A DNA stretch of 64,000 nt, taken from NCBI GenBank assembly GCA_000146045.2, contig BK006946.2, forward strand, positions 160,001 through 224,000, given 5' to 3'. Under the pieces are notes generated by a model. That model was not told the DNA's origin and ran no database searches. It saw only the letters and a list, made by a program, of their open reading frames with translations. Positions within the stretch are counted from its first letter, which is position 1. Each line of letters starts with the position of its first letter. The position numbers and the translations under genes are program-made. This DNA is from TPA_inf: Saccharomyces. Taxonomy: Eukaryota. Of this stretch, positions 32,788 to 44,385 are shown one piece after another.

Positions 32788-34800
32788 ATGAGGATCTGTC
32801 ATTCGAGAACTCTCTCAAACTTAAAGGATCTTCCGATAACGTCAAGGAGAGCAATGCATTCGGCCATTGTCAATTACTCCACCCAAAAGGCCCAATTTCC
32901 CGTAGAGACAAATAATGGGGAACACTATTGGGCGGAAAAGCCGAACAAATTCTACCAGAACAAAAGGCCCAATTTTCAAGGCATTACCTTTGCTAAACAA
33001 CAAGACTTACCATCATTACCCGTGCCCGAATTGAAGTCTACACTTGACAAGTATTTGCAAACCATCCGCCCATTTTGCAATGATGTAGAAACTTTTGAAA
33101 GACAGCAGCTGTTATGTAAGGACTTCTCGGAGCACATGGGGCCTATCTTACAAGACCGATTGAAAGAGTATGCCAACGATAAAAGAAACTGGATGGCCAA
33201 GTTTTGGGATGAACAATCCTATTTACAATACAACGATCCTATTGTTCCATACGTCTCTTATTTTTATTCTCATATGCCATTACCGAATCATTTATCGAAG
33301 ATCGATAATGATCCTTTGATTAAGGCTACTGCGATTATCTCAACCGTGGTTAAATTCATCGAAGCTATTAAAGATGAATCTTTACCCGTAGAAATTATCA
33401 AAGGTATGCCATTTTGTATGAATAGTTTTTCATTGATGTTTAACACTTCGAGATTGCCTGGTAAGCCAGAGGATAACCAAGATACAAATATTTTTTATTC
33501 AGTTTATGAGAACAACTTTGTAACTATCGCTTATAAAGGGAAGTTTTACAAACTGATGACCCATGACGGGAATGACAAACCGCTTTCCGAAAACGAAATC
33601 TGGAGGCAACTGTACTCTGTGGTATTCCAAGGATCGCAGTCCGATCCCAAACTAGGTGGCATTGGTTCTCTCACCTCTTTACCTCGTGATCAATGGCGTG
33701 AAGTACATCTGGAGCTTATGAAGGATCCTATTTCTCAGGATTCACTAGAAACAATCCATAAGTCTTCCTTTATGCTATGTTTGGATCTTGACCAATCCCC
33801 TGTCACTTTGGAAGAAAAGTCAAGAAATTGCTGGCACGGTGATGGTATTAACAGATTCTACGATAAGTCTTTACAGTTCCTGGTCACCGGTAATGGTTCA
33901 TCAGGTTTCTTAGCTGAACACTCGAAGATGGATGGTACGCCAACATTGTTTTTAAATAACTACGTTTGTCAGCAGTTGAATAAACTAGATGTGGATGACT
34001 TCATGAGAAAAGTAATTACGCCATCATCTACGGTGGCAATGAAACCTATGGAACTGCCCTTCATTATCACACCGAAGATTCATAAAGCAATCGAATCTGC
34101 CCAACTACAATTTAAGGAAACAATTGGTGAGCATGACCTACGTGTTTGGCACTACAACAAATACGGAAAAACGTTTATAAAACGCCATGGCATGTCACCT
34201 GATGCATTTATTCAACAAGTTATCCAACTGGCGGTTTTCAAATATCTGAAACGACAACTACCAACTTACGAGGCTGCTTCCACGAGAAAATACTTCAAAG
34301 GCCGTACTGAAACTGGTAGATCTGTGTCCACCGCCTCCTTAGAATTTGTTTCTAAATGGCAAAATGGCGATGTTCCTATTGCAGAAAAGATTCAGGCTTT
34401 GAAACATTCTGCAAAAGAGCATTCTACGTACCTGAAAAATGCTGCAAATGGTAATGGTGTCGATCGTCATTTCTTCGGTCTAAAGAATATGCTAAAATCT
34501 AATGATGACCAAATTCCGCCCCTTTTCAAAGATCCCTTATTTAATTATTCTTCAACTTGGTTGATCTCCACATCTCAACTATCTTCGGAATATTTTGACG
34601 GTTATGGTTGGTCTCAAGTAAATGACAACGGGTTTGGACTGGCATACATGTTGAATAACGAGTGGCTGCATATCAATATTGTCAACAAACCAGCCAAGAG
34701 TGGAGCCAGTGTTAACAGATTACACTATTATTTATCTCAAGCTGCTGATGAAATTTTTGACGCCTTGGAAAATGAGAATAAACGAAAAGCAAAGTTATGA
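32788..34800 (+). CDS. CAT2: Carnitine O-acetyltransferase, 670 aa, with an N-terminal mitochondrial presequence and C-terminal PTS1 (-AKL)
   Basis: The track ORF starts on GTG at 32704, and the first ATG is at 32788. Choline/carnitine acyltransferase family (LPSLPVP motif, catalytic His region). A second in-frame ATG sits at 32854 (codon 23). The C-terminus is ...KRKAKL. Confidence 0.88.
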   Translation: MRICHSRTLSNLKDLPITSRRAMHSAIVNYSTQKAQFPVETNNGEHYWAEKPNKFYQNKRPNFQGITFAKQQDLPSLPVPELKSTLDKYLQTIRPFCNDVETFERQQLLCKDFSEHMGPILQDRLKEYANDKRNWMAKFWDEQSYLQYNDPIVPYVSYFYSHMPLPNHLSKIDNDPLIKATAIISTVVKFIEAIKDESLPVEIIKGMPFCMNSFSLMFNTSRLPGKPEDNQDTNIFYSVYENNFVTIAYKGKFYKLMTHDGNDKPLSENEIWRQLYSVVFQGSQSDPKLGGIGSLTSLPRDQWREVHLELMKDPISQDSLETIHKSSFMLCLDLDQSPVTLEEKSRNCWHGDGINRFYDKSLQFLVTGNGSSGFLAEHSKMDGTPTLFLNNYVCQQLNKLDVDDFMRKVITPSSTVAMKPMELPFIITPKIHKAIESAQLQFKETIGEHDLRVWHYNKYGKTFIKRHGMSPDAFIQQVIQLAVFKYLKRQLPTYEAASTRKYFKGRTETGRSVSTASLEFVSKWQNGDVPIAEKIQALKHSAKEHSTYLKNAANGNGVDRHFFGLKNMLKSNDDQIPPLFKDPLFNYSSTWLISTSQLSSEYFDGYGWSQVNDNGFGLAYMLNNEWLHINIVNKPAKSGASVNRLHYYLSQAADEIFDALENENKRKAKL

Positions 34801-34912
34801 ATTTTTCACCTTTCCTCTTCAATTAATTTGTGAATATTTTTGTTAAGTATCTACACTTACATACGTATAAATAGGGGAGAAAAAAGGGCTTACGAATACA
34901 TACTGATCATTA

Positions 34913-35755
34913 CTATCTATTTCTGCACCTAGTTTCATTATGCAATTTAAAACAACTTACAGAACAAATCTTATTTCCACAATTAACGCAACTTGAAATA
35001 CTATCGTAGCCACCGCAAATAGAGCATGTCGTAATTAGGGGTAACACTTTGAAGTATCGTTTATTGTAAACATTGTGGTAAATGACATTCTTATCCATCA
35101 AGTTTAGCAGCGCAGAATCTAAAAACGAATGTAAATTTCTTTTTGAACTTAAAACCTTCTTTAACGCCACAATACGATTGGTATTCTTCCTCTTTGGTTT
35201 AGGTAGTTTTGTAGATTTATACGATAATTGTATTTCCCGTAAGGTTTCTGGTTTAAGCACCCAACCATGACCATACTTGGAATGCTCTTTTACAAAAGAA
35301 GAACCACCCATTAATGCAGAGAGACCATCCGAGGTCTGTGAGATCGGTTTGGTTGTTGATTCAATTCTATCTCGTGGTACGCCTGTGAGATCACTTAATA
35401 AAGTCGGTACATTTGGTAAATCCGAGAAATTTTCTGTGTTAAGTTCCATAAACCTCCTGTCCGACTGGAGAATCTCTTGTTGTGTGTACCTTTCTTCAAA
35501 TGAATGGGAATTCTTACTATTTCGGTCATCCTGTCTGCTTATACTATTGCCATCTCCCTCAGATCTCGAAGTATATAACCTGGCCTCTAAATCTGCCAGT
35601 GAGTAGTTTATGCGCTTTACGGGCCTAGAGGTGGATATTGTGCCTTGCTTATTAATCTTCTTTGAAGTATATCGACGTGCTTGAGGATCCAATGACGTGA
35701 AATATATGTCAGGATTGTAAGTTTTCTTATCAATCTCTTCAACTAGCGCCTTCAT
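34913..35755 (-). CDS. VPS71: SWR1-complex subunit with a C-terminal HIT-type zinc finger, 280 aa
   Basis: 280-aa ORF. C-terminal CSICGGYDSISSCVNCGNKICSVSCFKLHNETRC is a zf-HIT motif. Confidence 0.82.
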   Translation of the reverse strand: MKALVEEIDKKTYNPDIYFTSLDPQARRYTSKKINKQGTISTSRPVKRINYSLADLEARLYTSRSEGDGNSISRQDDRNSKNSHSFEERYTQQEILQSDRRFMELNTENFSDLPNVPTLLSDLTGVPRDRIESTTKPISQTSDGLSALMGGSSFVKEHSKYGHGWVLKPETLREIQLSYKSTKLPKPKRKNTNRIVALKKVLSSKRNLHSFLDSALLNLMDKNVIYHNVYNKRYFKVLPLITTCSICGGYDSISSCVNCGNKICSVSCFKLHNETRCRNR

Positions 35756-36067
35756 TTCGCTGTTATGAGTAAGCGATCCGTTCTTTTTCTTCGATCTATC
35801 AATGATATCGACGTTACTATAGATTGAAAGGGCCGCTTCGACTTTTGTTAATACTCACAAAGATCATCATGTTCATTATAAAAAAAGTAGTTATTAATTA
35901 TCTATTACCCGGATCAAAGTTATTTCTACAGAACACAAATATTTTATTGATTGCTTCGTTACATAAAGCAACGACTAAATAAATATAAGCTCTCTAGCTA
36001 TTCCACCGACTTCACTTCCTTAATGAATGGTCGTTTTTGTAATACTCCAAAAAAAATATCAAAAAAA

Positions 36068-36170
36068 GGGGCGAGCTGGGAATTGAACCCAGGGCCTCTC
36101 GCATGCTTTGTCTTCCTGTTTAATCAGGAAGTCGCCCAAAGCGAGAATCATACCACTAGACCACACGCCC
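36068..36170 (-). tRNA. tP(UGG): tRNA-Pro (UGG) with a 31-nt intron
   Basis: The reverse complement reads GGGCGTGTGGTCTAGTGGTATGATTCTCGCTTTGGG[cgacttcctgattaaacaggaagacaaagca]TGCGAGAGGCCCTGGGTTCAATTCCCAGCTCGCCCC. A T-run terminator follows (A-run on plus at 36053..36067). Confidence 0.9.
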
Positions 36171-36627
36171 TTGTGAACTTGTGAATCTTAGCCACTAAGG
36201 AATCACCGAATAGTAAAAGTTTTCTGACAACTACAATATTAAGCCCTTAACAACAATAATGAATATTGAGTGCATAATGTTGAAATGGAACTCTAAAATA
36301 TCATTTGTTTAGTAGTATTCGTGTTACTAGTTGTTGGAATAGAAATCAACTATCATCTACTAACTAGTATTTACATTACTAGTATATTATCATATACGGT
36401 GTTAGAAGATGACGCAAATGATGAGAAATAGTCATCTAAATTAGTGGAAGCTGAAACGCAAGGATTGATAATGTAATAGGATCAATGAATATAAACATAT
36501 AAAACGGAATGAGGAATAATCGTAATATTAGTATGTAGAAATATAGATTCCATTTTGAGGATTCCTATATCCTCGAGGAGAACTTCTAGTATATTCTGTA
36601 TACCTAATATTATAGCCTTTATCAACA

Positions 36628-37950
36628 ATGGAATCCCAACAATTATCTCAACATTCACATATTTCTCATGGTAGCGCCTGTGCTTCGGTTACTTCTAAGG
36701 AAGTCCACACAAATCAAGATCCGTTAGACGTTTCAGCTTCCAAAACAGAAGAATGTGAGAAGGCTTCCACTAAGGCTAACTCTCAACAGACAACAACACC
36801 TGCTTCATCAGCTGTTCCAGAGAACCCCCATCATGCCTCTCCTCAACCTGCTTCAGTACCACCTCCACAGAATGGGCCGTACCCACAGCAGTGCATGATG
36901 ACCCAAAACCAAGCCAATCCATCTGGTTGGTCATTTTACGGACACCCATCTATGATTCCGTATACACCTTATCAAATGTCGCCTATGTACTTTCCACCTG
37001 GGCCACAATCACAGTTTCCGCAGTATCCATCATCAGTTGGAACGCCTCTGAGCACTCCATCACCTGAGTCAGGTAATACATTTACTGATTCATCCTCAGC
37101 GGACTCTGATATGACATCCACTAAAAAATATGTCAGACCACCACCAATGTTAACCTCACCTAATGACTTTCCAAATTGGGTTAAAACATACATCAAATTT
37201 TTACAAAACTCGAATCTCGGTGGTATTATTCCGACAGTAAACGGAAAACCCGTACGTCAGATCACTGATGATGAACTCACCTTCTTGTATAACACTTTTC
37301 AAATATTTGCTCCCTCTCAATTCCTACCTACCTGGGTCAAAGACATCCTATCCGTTGATTATACGGATATCATGAAAATTCTTTCCAAAAGTATTGAAAA
37401 AATGCAATCTGATACCCAAGAGGCAAACGACATTGTGACCCTGGCAAATTTGCAATATAATGGCAGTACACCTGCAGATGCATTTGAAACAAAAGTCACA
37501 AACATTATCGACAGACTGAACAATAATGGCATTCATATCAATAACAAGGTCGCATGCCAATTAATTATGAGAGGTCTATCTGGCGAATATAAATTTTTAC
37601 GCTACACACGTCATCGACATCTAAATATGACAGTCGCTGAACTGTTCTTAGATATCCATGCTATTTATGAAGAACAACAGGGATCGAGAAACAGCAAACC
37701 TAATTACAGGAGAAATCTGAGTGATGAGAAGAATGATTCTCGCAGCTATACGAATACAACCAAACCCAAAGTTATAGCTCGGAATCCTCAAAAAACAAAT
37801 AATTCGAAATCGAAAACAGCCAGGGCTCACAATGTATCCACATCTAATAACTCTCCCAGCACGGACAACGATTCCATCAGTAAATCAACTACTGAACCGA
37901 TTCAATTGAACAATAAGCACGACCTTCACCTTAGGCCAGGAACTTACTGA
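36628..37950 (+). CDS. TYA: Ty1 TYA (Gag), 440 aa
   Basis: [17 protein letters not shown]..., the canonical Ty1 Gag N-terminus. Confidence 0.9.
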   Translation: MESQQLSQHSHISHGSACASVTSKEVHTNQDPLDVSASKTEECEKASTKANSQQTTTPASSAVPENPHHASPQPASVPPPQNGPYPQQCMMTQNQANPSGWSFYGHPSMIPYTPYQMSPMYFPPGPQSQFPQYPSSVGTPLSTPSPESGNTFTDSSSADSDMTSTKKYVRPPPMLTSPNDFPNWVKTYIKFLQNSNLGGIIPTVNGKPVRQITDDELTFLYNTFQIFAPSQFLPTWVKDILSVDYTDIMKILSKSIEKMQSDTQEANDIVTLANLQYNGSTPADAFETKVTNIIDRLNNNGIHINNKVACQLIMRGLSGEYKFLRYTRHRHLNMTVAELFLDIHAIYEEQQGSRNSKPNYRRNLSDEKNDSRSYTNTTKPKVIARNPQKTNNSKSKTARAHNVSTSNNSPSTDNDSISKSTTEPIQLNNKHDLHLRPGTY

Positions 37951-40900
37951 ATCTACGGTAAATCACACTAATCATTCTGATGATGAACTCCCTGGACACC
38001 TCCTTCTCGATTCAGGAGCATCACGAACCCTTATAAGATCTGCTCATCACATACACTCAGCATCATCTAATCCTGACATAAACGTAGTTGATGCTCAAAA
38101 AAGAAATATACCAATTAACGCTATTGGTGACCTACAATTTCACTTCCAGGACAACACCAAAACATCAATAAAGGTATTGCACACTCCTAACATAGCCTAT
38201 GACTTACTCAGTTTGAATGAATTGGCTGCAGTAGATATCACAGCATGCTTTACCAAAAACGTCTTAGAACGATCTGACGGCACTGTACTTGCACCTATCG
38301 TAAAATATGGAGACTTTTACTGGGTATCTAAAAAGTACTTGCTTCCATCAAATATCTCCGTACCCACCATCAATAATGTCCATACAAGTGAAAGTACACG
38401 CAAATATCCTTATCCTTTCATTCATCGAATGCTTGCACATGCCAATGCACAGACAATTCGATACTCACTTAAAAATAACACCATCACGTATTTTAACGAA
38501 TCAGATGTCGACAGGTCTAGTGCTATTGACTATCAATGTCCTGATTGTTTAATCGGCAAAAGCACCAAACACAGACATATCAAAGGTTCACGACTAAAAT
38601 ACCAAAATTCATACGAACCCTTTCAATACCTACATACTGACATATTTGGTCCAGTTCACAACCTACCAAAAAGTGCACCATCCTATTTCATCTCATTTAC
38701 TGATGAGACAACAAAATTCCGTTGGGTTTATCCATTACACGACCGTCGCGAGGACTCTATCCTCGATGTTTTTACTACGATACTAGCTTTTATTAAGAAC
38801 CAGTTTCAGGCCAGTGTCTTGGTTATACAAATGGACCGTGGTTCTGAGTATACTAACAGAACTCTCCATAAATTCCTTGAAAAAAATGGTATAACTCCAT
38901 GCTATACAACCACAGCGGATTCCCGAGCACATGGAGTCGCTGAACGGCTCAACCGTACCTTATTAGATGACTGCCGTACTCAACTGCAATGTAGTGGTTT
39001 ACCGAACCATTTATGGTTCTCTGCAATCGAATTTTCTACTATTGTGAGAAATTCACTAGCTTCACCTAAAAGCAAAAAATCTGCAAGACAACATGCTGGC
39101 TTGGCAGGACTTGATATCAGTACTTTGTTACCTTTCGGTCAACCTGTTATCGTCAATGATCACAACCCTAACTCCAAAATACATCCTCGTGGCATCCCAG
39201 GCTACGCTCTACATCCGTCTCGAAACTCTTATGGATATATCATCTATCTTCCATCCTTAAAGAAGACAGTAGATACAACTAACTATGTTATTCTTCAGGG
39301 CAAGGAATCCAGATTAGATCAATTCAATTACGACGCACTCACTTTCGATGAAGACTTAAACCGTTTAACTGCTTCATATCAATCGTTCATTGCGTCAAAT
39401 GAGATCCAACAATCCGATGATCTTAACATAGAATCTGACCATGACTTCCAATCTGACATCGAACTACATCCTGAGCAACCGAGAAATGTCCTTTCAAAAG
39501 CTGTGAGTCCAACCGATTCCACACCTCCGTCAACTCATACTGAAGATTCGAAACGTGTTTCTAAAACCAATATTCGCGCACCCAGAGAAGTTGACCCCAA
39601 CATATCTGAATCTAATATTCTTCCATCAAAGAAGAGATCTAGCACCCCCCAAATTTCCAATATCGAGAGTACCGGTTCGGGTGGTATGCATAAATTAAAT
39701 GTTCCTTTACTTGCTCCCATGTCCCAATCTAACACACATGAGTCGTCGCACGCCAGTAAATCTAAAGATTTCAGACACTCAGACTCGTACAGTGAAAATG
39801 AGACTAATCATACAAACGTACCAATATCCAGTACGGGTGGTACCAACAACAAAACTGTTCCGCAGATAAGTGACCAAGAGACTGAGAAAAGGATTATACA
39901 CCGTTCACCTTCAATCGATGCTTCTCCACCGGAAAATAATTCATCGCACAATATTGTTCCTATCAAAACGCCAACTACTGTTTCTGAACAGAATACCGAG
40001 GAATCTATCATCGCTGATCTCCCACTCCCTGATCTACCTCCAGAATCTCCTACCGAATTCCCTGACCCATTTAAAGAACTCCCACCGATAAATTCTCATC
40101 AAACTAATTCCAGTTTGGGTGGTATTGGTGACTCTAATGCCTATACTACTATCAACAGTAAGAAAAGATCATTAGAAGATAATGAAACTGAAATTAAGGT
40201 ATCACGAGACACATGGAATACTAAGAATATGCGTAGTTTAGAACCTCCGAGATCGAAGAAACGAATTCACCTGATTGCAGCTGTAAAAGCAGTAAAATCA
40301 ATCAAACCAATACGGACAACCTTACGATACGATGAGGCAATCACCTATAATAAAGATATTAAAGAAAAAGAAAAATATATCGAGGCATACCACAAAGAAG
40401 TCAATCAACTGTTGAAGATGAAAACTTGGGACACTGACGAATATTATGACAGAAAAGAAATAGACCCTAAAAGAGTAATAAACTCAATGTTTATCTTCAA
40501 CAAGAAACGTGACGGTACTCATAAAGCTAGATTTGTTGCAAGAGGTGATATTCAGCATCCTGACACTTACGACTCAGGCATGCAATCCAATACCGTACAT
40601 CACTATGCATTAATGACATCCCTGTCACTTGCATTAGACAATAACTACTATATTACACAATTAGACATATCTTCGGCATATTTGTATGCAGACATCAAAG
40701 AAGAATTATACATAAGACCTCCACCACATTTAGGAATGAATGATAAGTTGATACGTTTGAAGAAATCACTTTATGGATTGAAACAAAGTGGAGCGAACTG
40801 GTACGAAACTATCAAATCATACCTGATAAAACAGTGTGGTATGGAAGAAGTTCGTGGATGGTCATGCGTATTTAAGAATAGTCAAGTAACAATATGTTTA

Positions 40901-41896
40901 TTTGTTGACGACATGATTTTATTCAGCAAAGACTTAAATGCAAATAAGAAAATCATAACAACACTCAAGAAACAATACGATACAAAGATAATAAATCTGG
41001 GTGAAAGTGATAACGAAATTCAGTACGACATACTTGGCTTAGAAATCAAATATCAAAGAGGTAAATACATGAAATTAGGTATGGAAAACTCATTAACTGA
41101 GAAAATACCCAAATTAAACGTACCTTTGAATCCAAAAGGAAGAAAACTTAGCGCTCCAGGTCAACCAGGTCTTTATATAGACCAGGATGAACTAGAAATA
41201 GATGAAGATGAATACAAAGAGAAGGTACATGAAATGCAAAAGTTGATTGGTCTAGCTTCATATGTTGGATATAAATTTAGATTTGACTTACTATACTACA
41301 TCAACACACTTGCTCAACATATACTATTCCCCTCTAGGCAAGTTTTAGACATGACATATGAGTTGATACAATTCATGTGGGACACTAGAGATAAACAACT
41401 GATATGGCACAAAAACAAACCTACCGAGCCAGATAATAAACTAGTCGCAATAAGTGATGCTTCGTATGGCAACCAACCGTATTATAAATCACAAATTGGC
41501 AACATATATTTACTTAATGGAAAGGTAATTGGAGGAAAGTCCACCAAGGCTTCATTAACATGTACTTCAACTACGGAAGCAGAAATACACGCGATAAGTG
41601 AATCTGTCCCATTATTAAATAATCTAAGTTACCTGATACAAGAACTTAACAAGAAACCAATTATTAAAGGCTTACTTACTGATAGTAGATCAACGATCAG
41701 TATAATTAAGTCTACAAATGAAGAGAAATTTAGAAACAGATTTTTTGGCACAAAGGCAATGAGACTTAGAGATGAAGTATCAGGTAATAATTTATACGTA
41801 TACTACATCGAGACCAAGAAGAACATTGCTGATGTGATGACAAAACCTCTTCCGATAAAAACATTTAAACTATTAACTAACAAATGGATTCATTAG
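36628..41896 (+). CDS. TYB: Ty1 TYA-TYB Gag-Pol by +1 frameshift, 1755 aa: join(36628..37932,37934..41896)
   Basis: CTTAGGC heptamer at 37930..37936. The Pol ORF is intact and nearly identical to the Pol of the first element. Confidence 0.88.
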
Positions 41897-42774
41897 ATCT
41901 ATTACATTATGGGTGGTATGTTGGAATAGAAATCAACTATCATCTACTAACTAGTATTTACATTACTAGTATATTATCATATACGGTGTTAGAAGATGAC
42001 GCAAATGATGAGAAATAGTCATCTAAATTAGTGGAAGCTGAAACGCAAGGATTGATAATGTAATAGGATCAATGAATATAAACATATAAAACGGAATGAG
42101 GAATAATCGTAATATTAGTATGTAGAAATATAGATTCCATTTTGAGGATTCCTATATCCTCGAGGAGAACTTCTAGTATATTCTGTATACCTAATATTAT
42201 AGCCTTTATCAACAATGGAATATCAGCAATCATCAGATGAATGTTAAAATTGTGTAAGGATGCTCATTCTGTTTCGTTAACTTTCCAGTTTTCTCGAGGA
42301 CTTCTGGTTCATTATACGTGAAATTATTTACCTAACCAAAATTATCAAACAATTCTTCCTTACTTCAGCTAAAGATTCGGCGAGACAGAGGTTGAACACA
42401 ATGCAAGCGCATCGATATTTTTACGGCCGCAGTTGAATGGATCCAAAAGCATTGGCCAATTTAAATGAAAGAAATAAGTAAATTTCTAAAGATTTATCTA
42501 AGTGCCTCTTCTTTCCTGTATTCAATAATTTAGTGTCTAAAACGCAAAGGTATAAATTTGATAATGTTCTTTTATTAACTGTCAATAAAGTATATATGAA
42601 AAAGTGTGAAGAACCTTCGTATAAAATCTATCTAGTAAAATATTTTTAATTATGTGCGGATGTATTGTCTATTCCCATGTGCTTTGCTTATGTCCTGTTA
42701 GAGGACTTTTAAGTATGCTGTATACATGTTTTAAATTTTTGCCTTTATTCTTTCTCTCTCTTACTATATCGCTC

Positions 42775-44103
42775 TCAGACCTGCTGGGATGAACGACTAA
42801 CGTTTTGAGCAATCATATCAAGCTCATACTCTTGATTTGTTAGGTCGACACTAATAGAATATGGTGCGATTTTCTTGCTTCCTAACTGTTCGAAGTCTTG
42901 AAATCCCTTTAACTCGTTACGATTATCTTGTGTCGAAACTGAATGATATTTTTGTAATAGATCTTGCTTATATCTGAAGTAATTATAATAGCATACATCT
43001 GCCATAATAATAAGCATTCCTAACCAATTGTAAAAACCACTTAATCTTTCAGAAAGAATAATTATACCAAATATTACCGTCAAAAGTTCCTTCACTATAC
43101 CCACAATAGATACGGTCAGCACGGGCGTTTGCTCCAAAATACTAAACTCACAAATTGTCAACAAAAAGACTGCAAAACCAGGTAAAATTAACAAAACAAT
43201 ACCCCTCACAATGGATAGGACGGTAGTTTCCGTGCCGACACCGCCATTGCTCGTATCAAGCCTAAATATGCTAGAGCTGAATATACCAGGAAATGGTTTT
43301 TCCACAAGTAGCGAGGTAAGCAACAGAGTAATGCCCATTATAGGAGCTAACTGGTGGATTGTATGAATTGGGTGAGGCTTGGATTCTCCAAAATTCTCCA
43401 GCATTTTGTTATTGGCGAGGTTAACAACAGGTTCATTATCGACATTATCTTCATTTTCCGTGAAAAGGGCACCATCAGATTCCTCTACTGCTGCAGCGGT
43501 GTTAGTTTGAATTGGGTTGTTCCTAAGCATCAACTGCGTATAAACCCACCTTAACCCAGAAAGACAGCTACTTGCTAGGACAAGAAAGCTGCCAAAAATG
43601 ACCAAGGCTTGGTCGTTTTTGGTACTGGTGGAATCGCTTGGTTTGAAAACCATTAATGCTACACCAACAAACATAATTATTACTGAAAGTGCCAACTTCC
43701 AATGAAACTTTTCTAGCTTGAAGATACAGCCGAATAAAAGGACAAAAGCTATGCTCGAAGATTTGATAATTGTATAAATTGTCAAGGGAACATACTGGAA
43801 GGAAACGTTACTGAGCCCGATATCACCTGCAGAAGCGACTGCCGTAGGGAGTAAAAATTTTAGAAAAAAACTCCAGTTAAAACCATTATTCTTTCTTAAA
43901 ACGTTTTTCACTGGCTTATGCCTGAGCTTAATGTATATGCCGGATAGTAACCATAAAGTAGCCTGATGGAATGTTGTCACCAACACGGGATACCCAATAC
44001 CCAATCCGTCCTTCGGATCGAACATCCATCTATTGTATATGGAGAGAGCTATTGAACAGAAATACCATCCAAATACAAATGCCAAAAAGACAGTCCTATT
44101 CAT
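42775..44103 (-). CDS. YMD8: Putative nucleotide-sugar / triose-phosphate transporter family membrane protein, 442 aa
   Basis: ORF 42775..44157 trimmed to the ATG at 44103 (MNRTVFLAFVFGWYF...). Multi-pass membrane protein, and the length matches YML038C. Confidence 0.78.
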   Translation of the reverse strand: MNRTVFLAFVFGWYFCSIALSIYNRWMFDPKDGLGIGYPVLVTTFHQATLWLLSGIYIKLRHKPVKNVLRKNNGFNWSFFLKFLLPTAVASAGDIGLSNVSFQYVPLTIYTIIKSSSIAFVLLFGCIFKLEKFHWKLALSVIIMFVGVALMVFKPSDSTSTKNDQALVIFGSFLVLASSCLSGLRWVYTQLMLRNNPIQTNTAAAVEESDGALFTENEDNVDNEPVVNLANNKMLENFGESKPHPIHTIHQLAPIMGITLLLTSLLVEKPFPGIFSSSIFRLDTSNGGVGTETTVLSIVRGIVLLILPGFAVFLLTICEFSILEQTPVLTVSIVGIVKELLTVIFGIIILSERLSGFYNWLGMLIIMADVCYYNYFRYKQDLLQKYHSVSTQDNRNELKGFQDFEQLGSKKIAPYSISVDLTNQEYELDMIAQNVSRSSQQV

Positions 44104-44385
44104 AGCAAAATGTGACACGAGAATTGAAGGTATAAACACTCGCTGTAACAACTTCAAGTGATCGTGGAAGTGATGAAAATGCAGTTATGAGTATAATCAG
44201 GCCAATTGACACTTTAAAAAAACAGAACAACAGCTTCTCGTGATGCCACTATCCCTTATATTTCCAGTTCTAAGCCATCTCCTTCTCATTCTCGACAAAA
44301 AAAATGGGTGTGATTATTTTGCGCTTTATTTTTTGGCGTCTCGTCGCCGATGACTCTAATAGATGTTGAAGCCTACAAGCATCTA

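Larger units (their letters stand above)
36332..42221 (+). mobile_element. Full-length Ty1 retrotransposon (canonical Ty1-H3-type LTR) with atypical termini and no intact TSD
   Basis: The 5' LTR at 36332..36668 (337 bp) starts TGTTGGAATAGAAATCAACTATCATCTAC. PBS at 36669..36678. PPT at 41910..41917. The 3' LTR starts at 41919, but Ty1 identity stops at about 42221 and the last ~34 bp (to about 42255) diverge. A 55-bp partial copy of a delta 5' end precedes the element at 36277..36331. Confidence 0.88.
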
